Shown in pieces: positions 23,258-35,763 of a stretch of DNA of 64,000 bases. The notes under the pieces are model-generated. The model saw nothing but the letters and a program-made list of their open reading frames with translations, had not been told where the DNA came from and did no database searches. Each line of letters starts with the position of its first letter. Position 1 is the first letter of the stretch. The stretch lies in assembly GCF_037042905.1 (NCBI RefSeq), contig NW_026974140.1:4216001-4280000 (forward strand), in the 5' to 3' direction. The DNA is from Lytechinus pictus. Lineage: Eukaryota. Both the position numbers and the translations under genes were made by a program.

Positions 23258-26200
23258 TTCATTTTTCATTTCATTTATTGGTTTTTGCAACATTTTTCAT
23301 AACAAAATTCTGGACAAGAAAATACATATCTGAAACTTGACATCAAGATAATGAACAATAGTTTTGTATATAAATCATCAAATATATCTTACATAAATGA
23401 AAATCATTAAGTGGTATTTTCTGTTTCACAATAAAAAATAGGATGGTTGCAAGGGTCGTCACAAAAGCAAAGCTTGAAAACGTAACAACCCTGGAATATA
23501 GCCAAAATAATTAATATCTATTGTCATTTAAACGTGCAGGTGCATGAGGGACTGGGGGGGGGGGAGATGCTTGGTCCTTAGCATGGAATTTTAGAAAATA
23601 ACATGTTTTGTTGTTTGATTTTAATTTATACATGTTCTAGATAAAAGTCAATGTCTAATTAAAATAATGATAACAATTGTAATGATTTTCTTTTTTAATT
23701 TGTTAGGTATTGGTTTAATTGCATTTCTTTTATAGTTCGTTTAAAGGAATAAAATGATCTTGTCAGCTTGAGTGAATCTGGCAATGCATTCCAAATATCA
23801 GGTCCATGATGTCTTAGTGTTTTATGTGCAAATAGTGTCCTGGGATTGTTTAAGTGAATATTATTGCATGTTCTTGTTGGATATGAGTGTAAATTGTTAT
23901 TATATGAAAATAAATCCGTGAATACCGGAGGAAGCATGTCGTAATTATATCTATACATAAAAAGTGCTATTTGTAAAGTATTAATATCATTTATCTTAAA
24001 TATTTTCAGACGATAAAAAAGAGGGTCTGTATGTGAAAGATATGCAGATTTGGAACACATTCTAACCGCTTTCTTTTGCAATAAAAGTATATGATTAAGC
24101 CTTGTTTTGCAGCTATTCCCCCAAATGAGGTTACAGTAGTGAATATATGGTAAAATCAATGTATTATATATCATAACAAGAGATTTCTCTGGTAAGATTT
24201 GTTTTAGTCTACATAGTATTCCAATTCCTTTAGCTACAGAGGAAGACACGTTGCTTATGTGCGGAGTCCATGATAAATGATTGTCTATTGTTATACCAAG
24301 AAATTTTACGTATTATTTTTTATCTAAAGGCACATTATCAATTTTTATATCTTGTATAAAATTTTCATTTCTATGAGATGATTGAAAATGCATAATATGA
24401 GTTTTACTTATGTTAAGAGATAACTTATTACATTTAAACCATGATGAAACTTTATTTAATTCTAAATTCATTATATTTATTAATTCTGGTAAGTTCTTGT
24501 GAGATAACAAAATATTAGTATCATCGGCAAATAAGATGAAAGAAAGAATGGAAGATGAATCTACTATATCATTAATGTATATTAAAAATAACAAAGGTCC
24601 CAGAATAGAACCCTGCGGGACGCCGCAATTGATAAACGATAAAGGAGACTTAACATCATTGATAAAAATGTATTGTTGCCTATTGGAAAGATAACTCTTA
24701 ATCCATGACCAAGCAATGCCCCTTATCCCGTAATTATACAACTTATGAAGTAAAATACCATGGTCAATGGTATCGAAAGCTTTACTTAGGTCCATAAATA
24801 AAGCAATTGTGTGATTTTTTTCTGAAAGTGAGTTTACAACTTTGTCCAGCAATTTGGTTATTGCGAAATCGGTAGAGAATTTTTTTCTAAATCCAAACTG
24901 GGCTGGTGTAATAATCTTATTAAATGACAAAAAGGAATCCAATCTTTTGTAAACAATTCTTTCAAATATTTTTGATATGCATGGTAAAAGAGAAATAGGC
25001 CGATAATTTGTAACTTGAGTAGGATCATCTTTTTTATAAATCGGGACTACTTTGGCTATTTTCAATAGCTCAGGAAAGCATCCAGTTGAGAGTGATAAGT
25101 TAAAAATATGTTCCAATGGAGAAACAATACATGCAGTCAGACCGCAGGTCCCTATGCTAATGAGCAAAAAGGCCAGATTCATCCAAATCATCTCGTGGCT
25201 GAATCCTCCTCCTTGCAAAATCTCGTGATTCGTGAGATTTTCTTTCTCTAAGAATTTACCTGTTTTAACTTCAAGTTAAATGAAATATTATTACACGATC
25301 AGATAGAGTAAAAGTTACTCTTTCATATTGGTCATTTACTTTGTATACAATATTTTGTTAAATAAGTAAATTTCTGGCCTGAAAATGTGCCTAAAAATTG
25401 AATTTTCTTCCTCTGTTTTCTTTTGCAAATTGTGCAAAACTTTTTATTTTGAGCCTCAATGATATCTATATCACCATAAAGCTGAACATCTGTACTTTCT
25501 CACAATGCCACTCTTGATATGCGGCACCTTTTAATCGGGTCAAGATCACACTTTTCCCACCAAGGTACAAGACGAGATTTCTGAAATGTTGTACTTGCAT
25601 GAAATCCAGAGTTCTGATTGGCTGGATAAGGTTCACAGAACAACAGGCGCGGGGTATTTGAGGAGATTACCACATGGGAAGTGTGACCTTCCCACGAACC
25701 CAGGCACTGGAACCGTTGGAATTTGCCATTGTGTGGTCTCTTTGACCAATCACAGTGCAGTATTCTTGTTTTCAAGCTGCTTTATGTACTTGGCAAATGA
25801 AAAGTGTGATCTTGACCCGATTAAACCAATTCTTATTTTGAAACCTATATCATTTCAAAGCATACATATTCAGCTTTATCATGATATAAAAATCATTTGG
25901 GCTCAAACAAAAATAAAGTGTGAAAATAGCAGCTTTTGTCAGGTGAAAATATTTATTTTGTAGCATAATTTAGATCAAAATTTTAACCTATATTACAAAA
26001 TCTTTGAATAAATCCAAACACATGACCTGAAAGAATGATTCTTCTTCTTTACAATGGTACCAAATTCATGAAATTCGATGCTCAATTAGAGCAGCAATGA
26101 CCGAATGAAAAGAGGTGTTTTGGTCCGCATCAAGCTCATTAAATATGCAAAACATCTCAAGTCATGAATATCAATTGGATGAAAGAAGCCACTTTCTTGG

Positions 26201-27660
26201 GACCTGCAGTCTGACTGCATGTTACAATTTGCTTTAACAGTTTTGTACTAATACCATCATAGCCTGTTGACTTCTTTGATGTTAAAGCTTGTACTATTTT
26301 AATTATTTCATGTCGGTCTGTGGGAGTAAAAAACATTGTATTTTGATTTGGCTGGGAAAGATATTCTTTAAAATTCGTATTGTCACTAACTATCTTGGAA
26401 GCTAAATTGGGACCGATGTTTGTAAAGAAACGGTTGAATGATTGTGCGATTTCAGCCGGTTGAGATATTTCTTCATTGTCTATCTTAAGACTGTCCCTGT
26501 TGCTATGTGGTTTGCTTTTGTTAATCAATTTGTTTATAACTTTCCACGTGGCATTTAAATTTCCTTCTGCATCTTTTAATTCCTTACAATAATAATCTTT
26601 TTTGGATGAGCAGATTACACTGTTAAGAGTATTGCGATATTTTTTATACTTCTTAAGACTTTGTTCAGACGGTTTAGAAATATACAATTTATAAAGTTTA
26701 TTGCGTTTTTTAATTGAACGTATAATTCCTCGAGTGATCCATGGGTTTCTTTTATCATTTTTGCGTTGTTTTCTTTGAACAAGTGGTATATTTTTATTAT
26801 AATAATGAGTTAGTTTGTCAATAAAGTATTTGTAAGCTCTATTAACATCATGCTGAACCATAATTTCATGCCAGTCTTCTCTTTCTAAGTCTTCAATTAA
26901 GGCCGAAATAGTATTAAAATTTTCTTTTCTATATTTTCTTTTATTCGGCTTTTTATTATCATTAAGCTTCAGAAGTGGAGAAATAAAAAATATTGGTAAG
27001 TGATCCGTAATATCATAAGTAAAAACACCACTATGATTATTATCATTAAAAGAATTGGAAAATATGTTATCAATTATTGTCGCTGACATTGGAGTTATCC
27101 TAGTAGGTATATTTATACATGGATAAAAGTCATATGAAAATAGTGTATTCAAAAATGTATTTATGATATTCTCACTGGCATCATGATTTCCGATTAAATG
27201 TGACGTGCTTTGTATATGATGTGACAAGTCAATATTGAAATCGCCCATTATGTAAATATGTTTATTTTCTCGTGAAATTTTATCCAATTCACTATCTAAG
27301 TTTTCAAGAAAGTTGTTAATATTGCTACCTGGGGGTCTGTATAATGTTCCTATGACTACATTTTTTCCAACTTTATTATCTATTTCAATGAATAAACTTT
27401 CTATATCTTCAAAATGAATATCTGTTCTAAGTTTATATTTGATATTTGAATTAATATACATTGCCACCCCTCCTCCTCTTCTTTTCCTCCTATCAATGTG
27501 TATCATGTGATAACTTGGTAAATTATAGATATTTGGAGAATTTGACTTCAACCAGGTTTCCGAAATACCAATGACTGAAAAAGAATAATTGTTTAGAGAA
27601 GTTAAAAAAGTTTCGACAGAGTCAAAGTTTTTGCAGATACTTCTGGAATTGAAATGTATA
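23258..27660 (-). mobile_element. LINE (L2/Crack-like) with near-complete APE endonuclease + RT ORF2, inactivated by one nonsense codon and one insertion
   Basis: ISETWL, YRPP, MGDFN and TDHLPI (endonuclease); YRPISLL, DLSKAFD, GVPQGSILGP and LFADDT (RT); AATAAA plus a (TGAAA)n-like tail at 23258-23279. Confidence 0.93.
25134..26217. mobile_element. Non-autonomous DNA transposon with 4-bp CATG TSD inserted in the LINE (superfamily unassigned)
   Basis: TIR CAGTCAGACCGCAGGTCCC / GGGACCTGCAGTCTGACTG; CATG at 25130-25133 and 26218-26221. Confidence 0.85.
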
Positions 27661-28352
27661 TAACAATAGTCAGTGAATATATCTGACCACTTGATTTATG
27701 AAATGGTATCAGATGAAGTAAAGCTCACTAATCTGTCTTCCATAATACAAGGCTTTATAGCGAATGACTGGTATGATTGACAGCACACATACATGTAATG
27801 ATCAATGCGTTCCACTGTACATAAAAATCAGTCCTGTCATTGACCAGGTGCAATACAAATCAACATATTGATAACATCTACAGGTCAAATGTCATTGCTT
27901 CAACAACCAAACTTCCGTCCTGAATGTGTTATCCACAAATGTGCACCTGTGGTTTTTATCATTGGATTCATTCAACAAAATATTTCTCCTTTAAAAAAAC
28001 CTCTTGAACATTTAGTTCTGTTAATAGGTCTATTTTTGTTACATCATCTACATGTATCTGGAACATGGACTGGAAAGTTGATGATTTCTTGTACAATGGT
28101 CACACACCAGAACTGACGAAATCAGGAAAAAGGTCTTTAATTTTCTAGTCTTGTCATGCTATAAAGGTGGTCAGGAGAATTAAGAAACTATTCTAAAATG
28201 CATTGAGTGTGATGTCAAAGATCTGTGAATATTCAAGATCACTGTGACGAGAGCAACTACATGTACTTTCTTTCAACTTATTTATCATTATTTGACCTCT
28301 CTGACGATTATTTTGTCGGGGAAAATGCTTAACTTAAGATTTATGAACTTAC

Positions 28353-28410
28353 CGTGCAGACAAACATGGACAGAAATAAAACAGCAATCTTTGTATATCT
28401 CAGATAAAGC
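28353..28410 (-). CDS. OCA2: OCA2 TM1 exon (LYLRYTKIAVLFLSMFVCT)
   Basis: CAG/GTAAG boundaries, 58 nt, phase 2-0, basic residues followed by a hydrophobic helix. Confidence 0.85.
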
Positions 28411-28771
28411 CTGCAAAGATACATGTATAATGAAAAATTACATTAATTACCATACAAACAAATAAAACTACTCATAATTCTGCTGCAATGACTCCTATAC
28501 TTTACAAGAACTGTTGACAATACTTTAAACATCGGAAAACTCTGAAAAGTAAAATGGATACAGGTATGTCACAAATGTTGTCACTTCCCAATCAAAATAA
28601 TCAGTCTTAATACAATCAAATGCTCTTTTCCATCAATTCTTGTGATCCACATGGGCCGTGGAATGGTTTTCATAAGGGGGGGGGGGCAGCTGACCATGAA
28701 CATGTATAGAAACTCATAAGCAAATGGTCATTTTTCATTTATGTACACATTTATTGAAAACAGTCTCCTAC

Positions 28772-28952
28772 CCCCGGAGGGGCCACTTCCATTGACGAGT
28801 GGATACCATGCGCGACCATGGGGTGTCGAAAAGCACCCTAAACCTAGCGAAAATTGGATACCCTTATTTCACAATTTTAGTGTTTTTGATACCCTTATTA
28901 CGTGTTTCTTTGGTCGCGCATGGTATCCACTCGTCAATGTAAGTGGCCCCCC
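28772..28952. mobile_element. MITE with ~38-bp inverted arms (similar CCCGGGG-ended element at ~45947-46404)
   Basis: GGGGCCACTTCCATTGACGAGTGGATACCATGCGCGACCA mirrored at 28911-28950. Confidence 0.75.
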
Positions 28953-30016
28953 AACCCCGCTACCCCTGACGCACTGCACCAGTCTATACCTAGATGAGTT
29001 CTCCTGCAATGCCTACTGGACCTAGCAGTATAATTGGTTAACATGTTTTAGGATCGGTCCAATTCAAAGGGGAGATGGTGAAAAGTCAGGTAAAATGTCA
29101 AGCGCATGTATATGCCACAGTTAGATATATATCAAATCTATGGCTATGTTTGTCATGCTTCGGAAATTTTTCTGAGCTGATTTACATAACACAGTTCTTT
29201 TGCTGGTAAGGATTTCCTTGCTTGCCAACTTAACAGAGAATAGCTCATAATATATCCTGCATTTAAAGTTAAATACATGAATACATATGGCCACATTTAT
29301 CAATGATTTATGAATTTTCCACATTGGCACTTGAACGTTTGAACCTGTTAGAATGCCAACATTTTTTTTATTGCTGGCAGGAAATGTTGTCTTGCTTGCC
29401 AAGCATGAAGACAAGTGTAAAATTCATCAAGCATACGTGACAAAATGCAACAGAAAGGGGGATTAAAATCATCACAAGACTACAAATCCGCTTCTCTTTT
29501 TCAGCTAATCATTAATATTTTCCAAGCCAGCATGAATCTTCTTTGGAGCTAATTTGTTGATTGTAAAAGGAAATCATTCCCACCACAAGATTCATCCTGG
29601 CAGGAAGCAATTCAAACGTGACAATCAAAATAGAAATATAATAATCTCACAACATTAAAGGTCAACAAACGTCTTGTCAATGATTTCTGAATTAGTAATT
29701 ACTACAATGATTGTTGACTAATGACTACAATTCCTCATTCAAATGTTTGTTATTAATAACACTTAAGAAACAAAAAATATTTAAAAATGCCAACTGTCAT
29801 GATGACAACCAGAATATTTATTCCAATAGTAATTAAACAAAATGGCCGCCAAATATTTCTATGTGATATATGAATAAAACAGAATGTGCTAAATGATCCC
29901 TGTATAACAAGCTGGTAAACAGGGAAGCATTTTATAAAACAAATGAAAACTAAAATCACAAAATATCACATCAGCGTACTTGTTTCCTACTGTAATGTAT
30001 TACAGTCAGTACTTAC

Positions 30017-30151
30017 TTTGTTTGATTGGAAGGCTTGCATCTTGATAACACCCTTTTAAATTTACTATTTGACGTGTCCCCATCATCGTATGCTAAGTCA
30101 TCCAAAAGCATCTTATCCCATGAGAAAGATGTTCTCTGCGATGTCTCAAAT
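30017..30151 (-). CDS. OCA2: OCA2 N-terminal cytoplasmic exon (FETSQRTSFSWDKMLLDDLAYDD...SNQT)
   Basis: TTTTTCCAG acceptor, GTAAG donor, phase 2-2, stop-free. Confidence 0.72.
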
Positions 30152-30713
30152 CTGGAAAAATCAATCCAAAAACCAATCATTAGAAATAGCTTGTTAAATG
30201 TCAAATGTAATTGGTATACAAAGAAGCTACAGGTGCATATATAGTTTATGTTTCGGACGCACATTTAAAGGTGAGACAAAAAAGTGAAACCTACAAATTT
30301 TCATACATTTTCATCACTTGCCAGCTGGGTTTTGCTTTGGAATAATTTACTCACAAGATTGTCTTTTTGCCTCATGAGTGCTGGAATTCTAAAACCGATG
30401 CAGAATTTGTATTGGCAACTTTCCGACCCCCCCCCCCCCCCCCCCCGGAAAAAATAAATTGTGATGAATGCTGAGTAATCTAGACTGCTGGCCACATACA
30501 TGTACATGTACATGTAGAGGGTTGTGCAAATTCAGGCCTACTACAGTTGTACACATGGTACATGTACGTGTAGATGAGCTTCCATGGTTTGAGTTTTGAG
30601 CTCTGATATTACATTTTAAATTCCCACTAATTTCTAAATAAAATTATTGGTACTAATGAAAGGGAAATCTGTCCATTCATGTTTCCACGGTCCAGTGTAC
30701 ATGTATAGTGGAA

Positions 30714-30890
30714 GTGCCGTGGCCGAATGGTCTAAGGCGCCTGGCTATACATGAAAATGTCCGGGGTTCGATCCCCGGCCGCGGCAGCTATGCCCCTGAG
30801 CAAGGCATTTAATCTACAATGCTCTTTTATCCTGCTTTCAAATAAATGGCAATGCTACATTATATGCATTATTGGTAACTAGGTGTGAAC
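30714..30890 (+). mobile_element. tRNA-derived SINE
   Basis: A-box TGGCCGAATGG, B-box GGTTCGATCC, then SINE core CCCTGAGCAAGGCATTTAATC; no canonical anticodon arm. Confidence 0.75.
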
Positions 30891-31569
30891 TTGTTTTGTT
30901 TTTTTAAATGAACATGATCATTGTGCATTTTCCTTATGGTGAGACTTGTAAAAAATGTAATAATTAAAAAAATTAAATTAAGTTAAATTCAATTCAATTA
31001 CTTCTTGAATGATACATGTAATGCAATAATTGCCTAGAATTTCAGAGTGTCTTGTATTTTGATTGTCCAAGTCTGGTCACCCTGGTGTAATCCCATGCTT
31101 AAAATCTAAAACACAGAATTTACAGTATGTCATCTTCAATCTTGATAGAATTTGGAACTAAAACAGACAATCTTCATTCAATACAACATTTCAAGGAGTT
31201 AACAAGGTTATGGAGTGTGCTTTTTCCTGTTTATTTCATATAAAGAGTATAAAGAAGATAAAGTCCTTTTCCACATGACCATACAAAAACTTTGGTAGAA
31301 CACAAATGGTACCAGGAGTAGGACATCGGCATAATTCACAAAGATAGTTTCAAACTTCATGCAAAACACTGAGAAATCTGGAAGAATGGAACAGAACTCA
31401 AGAGACACAACAGATATGATTTTTAATTTGTCCTCTTTTGTTGTTTTACTGATGGTACCGTAGCTGATTTACCATTCAAACATAAACATTTTAACGGAAT
31501 ACAGACTTACGTTTTCCACATTATCTTGAAAATTGAAAAATTTCAAGATTAATTAGGTTCTTTATAGAT

Positions 31570-31933
31570 TCATTGACCCCCAAATTAGCGTTAGAACTGA
31601 CTAGTGACCTGAAATTACACGCATCCATTTGGCAATTTTTTTTTTATGTTACATGTACTTTAAAAATTATCTTAATCTTGGTTCTGGTTTTGATGTTGAC
31701 ACCATATGTACCAAAAATGACCTTGACCTTGATAGCGTGACCTGAAACTCATGCCAAATGATCAGTGACACTCGATTATATTACATTTAAGTATCATGAA
31801 ATAGGTCCTTATAAATAATCAATGTTATGACACTTTATAACAATGGTTAAGATTTTATGTCGATGACACTGTCACCTCCTTCAGAAAAAAAGGGGGTTAG
31901 TATGTCTTACTTCTGCTTTGCAAGCAAGCAAAA
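31570..31933 (+). mobile_element. Degenerate copy of the HINE-like element at 11992
   Basis: TGACCTTGACCTTG..GTGACCTGAAACT core and a similar 3' end. Confidence 0.55.
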
Positions 31934-32481
31934 TATAGAATTAAAATAAAAAATGAAAAAAAAAATTATACATGTACATGTTGTTTCTATCATCCCTTTC
32001 TTTAGACCTTCCTCCTTCTATAGCAAAACCGTAAAACTTACATTACAGGGTGTAAAGTACATGCAAAAAGTTTGTTAAGGCTATAAAATGTGTGATAAAA
32101 ACACTGCATACTTTGATCACCATTTCAGGAAATACTATATGTACAGTCCCTGAGGCCAATTCCCTTCCAGGTTTAGGGTGCAGGTAAAGATGTTTGGGAT
32201 AAGGGTGAGGGGGTTGGGGTGAGGGAGGAACAGAGTCTTCCTTCTACAGAAAGTAGTCCATGCAAATCAGACCAGGCACCAATATCACTTGCAACTGTTT
32301 CCATCAATGTGGCAACTACCATGGTAACAGGGCTATAAGCAGCCAATCGATATCAAGGTTACCATGGTTTAGATGCTGCAATGGCAAAGTTACCATACTT
32401 GAAATGCGCACCATTTCAAAAACATGACAAAGACGTTTCTACATCTGGATAAACCAAGAATAAAAAACTTAGCTCGCTTAC

Positions 32482-32657
32482 CTGCGATCATCATCATTAT
32501 CATCATCTACAGCTGTTTCCATCTCTTTGTACACTGAATTGCTGTGAAGTATAGAGTGTCCATTTGATGATATACTACCATGACTGCTCTTGCTTTCATT
32601 CCCATCCAAGAGTCCCTTTGTTTCACCTTCATCTTCCATTTCCTCAGCTACATACAT
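32482..32657 (-). CDS. OCA2: OCA2 putative first coding exon (MYVAEEMEDEGETKGLL...DDDNDDDR)
   Basis: GTAAG donor in phase 2 joins the 30151 exon; acidic dileucine ETKGLL; in-frame TGA two codons upstream of the ATG; an alternative acceptor at 32647 is possible. Confidence 0.65.
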
Positions 32658-34450
32658 GTATCAAAATAGCGATGACAGGATTTAGTTGAGGAGAGAAGGG
32701 AGGAGTCGCATAGATTTTGACGTGGAATCAAAATTGATTCTTCTCTCAATGGAAAGTGTGCTCCTCATTCTGCAATTGAAAAACAGGTGCCCCCATAATT
32801 GTTATAATAACAAATTTACATTAAAGTTAAAAGCTACAGAAATCCTTCAATCTGATTGGCTGTTTGTAAATTTGTTACAGAAAATGTGCATTTGAAATTG
32901 TAATAAGTCTTTGAAGACACGGGACCCAGATGTGAGAAAAGGAATTTGTTAAATTACTCACAAACACAATGTTCACTTTAAAATAAAATGTTTTCATGTA
33001 CGGTGTACATGCATTATATGAATGAATATTTATATTTACTATGGTCGTATATATATGCAAAAAAATTCCGGGGGGTGTATTAAATACACATACATTTTTT
33101 AAAGAAACTTTTTTTTGGAAGAAAAAACTTTTTTTAAGAAGCGTCAGAGCGAAGCAACCGAGCTTGTTATATAGGGGTGCTTTTGCATTTTCTAAAGTGA
33201 AATTGAACGATTTCATGCACTCACACATTTGGTGAAAATTTTCAGAAAAAAATATAAGTTTTCAAAATTTCAGGTACGGCCATGCTTGATACATGTACAA
33301 GTATATATTGTAATCAGAAATGTGGGTGTTTTGAAAATGCCTCATTCTTAAAAGCACTTCAACATATTGGTGAAGCTGGTAAAATTGTTAAAGAAAAATG
33401 TAGATTATAAAGCGATATGGGAATTATTTAAGAATGACAGAACCAGCTCAGACTCCTGTTAAGGTCACAAAACATCCACACATGAAACTCAAGTTCTAAC
33501 AACATTCTGAGGAAGTAAATGTGCTATTAAGCAATCACAAAGCAGACTGTATTTGACATCCCTCCTTTCAGTTTCATAGGATAATTTGTAACTTATGCAA
33601 AATGTAGATCACTCAGTGACATCTCAAACTACAGTCTGTTGTCATAAGTGTTGAAATTCTTCAAAGGTTACTTGTACAAGTACAAAACAAGAAGCACATA
33701 CTGATTATAAGTTACCTTTGATCATCACATCCTGGAAATGTGTCTCCTCTGTAAACAAATCCTTATCCTCATTAATGAATTAATCTTTAATTTTAAATCA
33801 ACAATGAATACACATGCAGACCAACCACTTTGACAGAGTATTGCAGAGCAACACAAAATATGTTTACTTGTGTACATGTACATAGTTGTAGTTGAAAGAA
33901 AACAGAATTAACTCTAAATTACACAAGTTTATTAAGACCTTTAACCGATCATACTTTTAATAGGCCAAGGTTTCTGTTTGTACACTATATTGTATGTCTG
34001 GATTGTCTAGTATTTCCAACGGGTGCATCATTGATTTTTTGAGAGGCGAGGACAAGACAATCAGAAATAATTTTTTCTCCGGTTTCAGGGGTAATATAGC
34101 ATTCAGACCTCTATTTTTTTTAGTACCCATCTTTCTTGAATTTCTTCATTACTTTCCTTTTACCATTAAAGATGAAAAATCATGACCGGAGGTGCCTCCT
34201 GAGGATGTGGCACTCATGATTTTAAGGCAAAAGTTAAGAGCAACACACAAGATTTAAGATTCATTTCATTTGAAAACAGGACTGGGATTATAAAAACTTA
34301 CATATGTACATTGTAAATAATGGCTGAGGGTGAAGGGGGGGGGGGTACCAAGAAGAGTCATGGAATGAGTCAAGTGTTTTCTGAAGTCAAATTCTGTGAC
34401 ATACTTAAAGTAACATACAAAAGTAAATCAGCATAAAAAGAGACACTATG

Positions 34451-35763
34451 TAGGGGAGACCGGGGTTAGTTGGAACATTTTTGACAGAAATGGTTGTAAA
34501 ATCCAAATAGATTTTATTCGAGAAACAATCGATATATCAGCTTGAAGCATATATCTCAGGGCTTCAAATGTACCCCATAAAATTTTTAACTCCATTATGG
34601 TTACTGAAAAAATCCAACTTGAACAAGACCATTGCAAACGTTCCAACTTACCCCCATATCGGGGTAAGTTGGAACATGGTATGGGGTAAGTTGGAACACT
34701 GCATGGTCAATTAAGAATTATACTTAAACTACTTAAAACTGTAATATCACATGGTTTTAGCCTATTTGCTTTATCTTATTCAAGTTCAAAATATTAAAGT
34801 GTGGATTCATTGAAATTTAGGCTTTCTATTATACAGCCACTCACACAAGCAGACTGTGTAGTAGAATTCCGCATATTTGGGTGCATTTGAGTTTACATGC
34901 AATTAGGTGTACTCTCAGCAATTTCATGTACTTCTGCATCAAATTTATAAGACAAAAATTAATTGTTTATATTTTTTTCATAATTAATTATGCAAATAAG
35001 CATATAAAATTTTCCTGAAATTTGCTTTTTTTGGTATGTTTTTGCCTTTAACTCTATTTATTAAGCTAGTAGAATGCTAATTTTTGGTGAGAGTATCAAT
35101 TTTTACATTTATAACAAATATCCACCAAAAATTCAAAAAATATAATTTATTATGTATTTATTATTATTTTTTTTTTTATTTGTATTTTTGTTTTCCGAAC
35201 TTTGTTTTTTCCGATGGACTTTGTCAGGAGTCTTTTGCGATCATAAATAGTATAAAATGAATCTATTTGAACCAGCAAAAGTAAATCATACATTTAAGAC
35301 TTTTGGTTGAAAAATTATGATGTTTGATTATGATGTTTAGGGTAAGTTGGAACATGTTCCAACTAGCCCCTTCAACTTTGTTCCAACTAACCCCGGAGGC
35401 CCATTTGACATTTATAAGCTTACAGCACAAAAAAGGGACTTCACCATGGCATATTAATAACCTCATTTTGTAGCTTGGTATAAGTGTCTATTATACCCCC
35501 AAACTGGCCAACTTGATCTATAAACTTCTCTGAGATAATCAAACATTTCTGAACGAGAAAAAAATTACTCAGAAGGTCAAAAAAAAAAAAATTGTTTCGA
35601 ACTTCACCAGGCTTGTTGCACATGTTTTGTCTGTAATATGGTGGATGGCTCTTGATAATGACAATAACTTGAGGGCAGTATTGCAGAAATTTATTTAAAG
35701 ACGTTAAAGAAAATTACAATGTTTCAACTTACCCCATGTTCCAACTAACCCCGGTCTCCCCTA
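34451..35763. mobile_element. Non-autonomous DNA transposon, 26-bp perfect TIR, 5-bp CTATG TSD
   Basis: TAGGGGAGACCGGGGTTAGTTGGAACA ... TGTTCCAACTAACCCCGGTCTCCCCTA; repeated subterminal GGGTAAGTTGGAACA. Confidence 0.88.

Larger units (their letters stand above)
267..32657 (-). other. OCA2: OCA2 / P protein gene model (18 coding exons, 768 aa if started at ATG 32657; 5' UTR exons not located)
   Basis: 18 exons with GT-AG boundaries and compatible phases sum to 2307 nt. The protein carries the P-protein/ArsB-NhaD motifs [32 protein letters not shown] and [12 protein letters not shown]. Confidence 0.92.

Noticed and set aside
30714-30790. tRNA gene
   Set aside because: It has A and B boxes but no proper anticodon arm, and it runs into a SINE core; called a SINE instead.
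31511-31524. 14-nt OCA2 micro-exon with a GTAAGT donor
   Set aside because: It would frameshift; the flanking exons already join in phase 2.
33955-34220. Further upstream OCA2 coding exon ending at a GTATGA donor
   Set aside because: All three minus-strand frames hit stops within about 20 codons.
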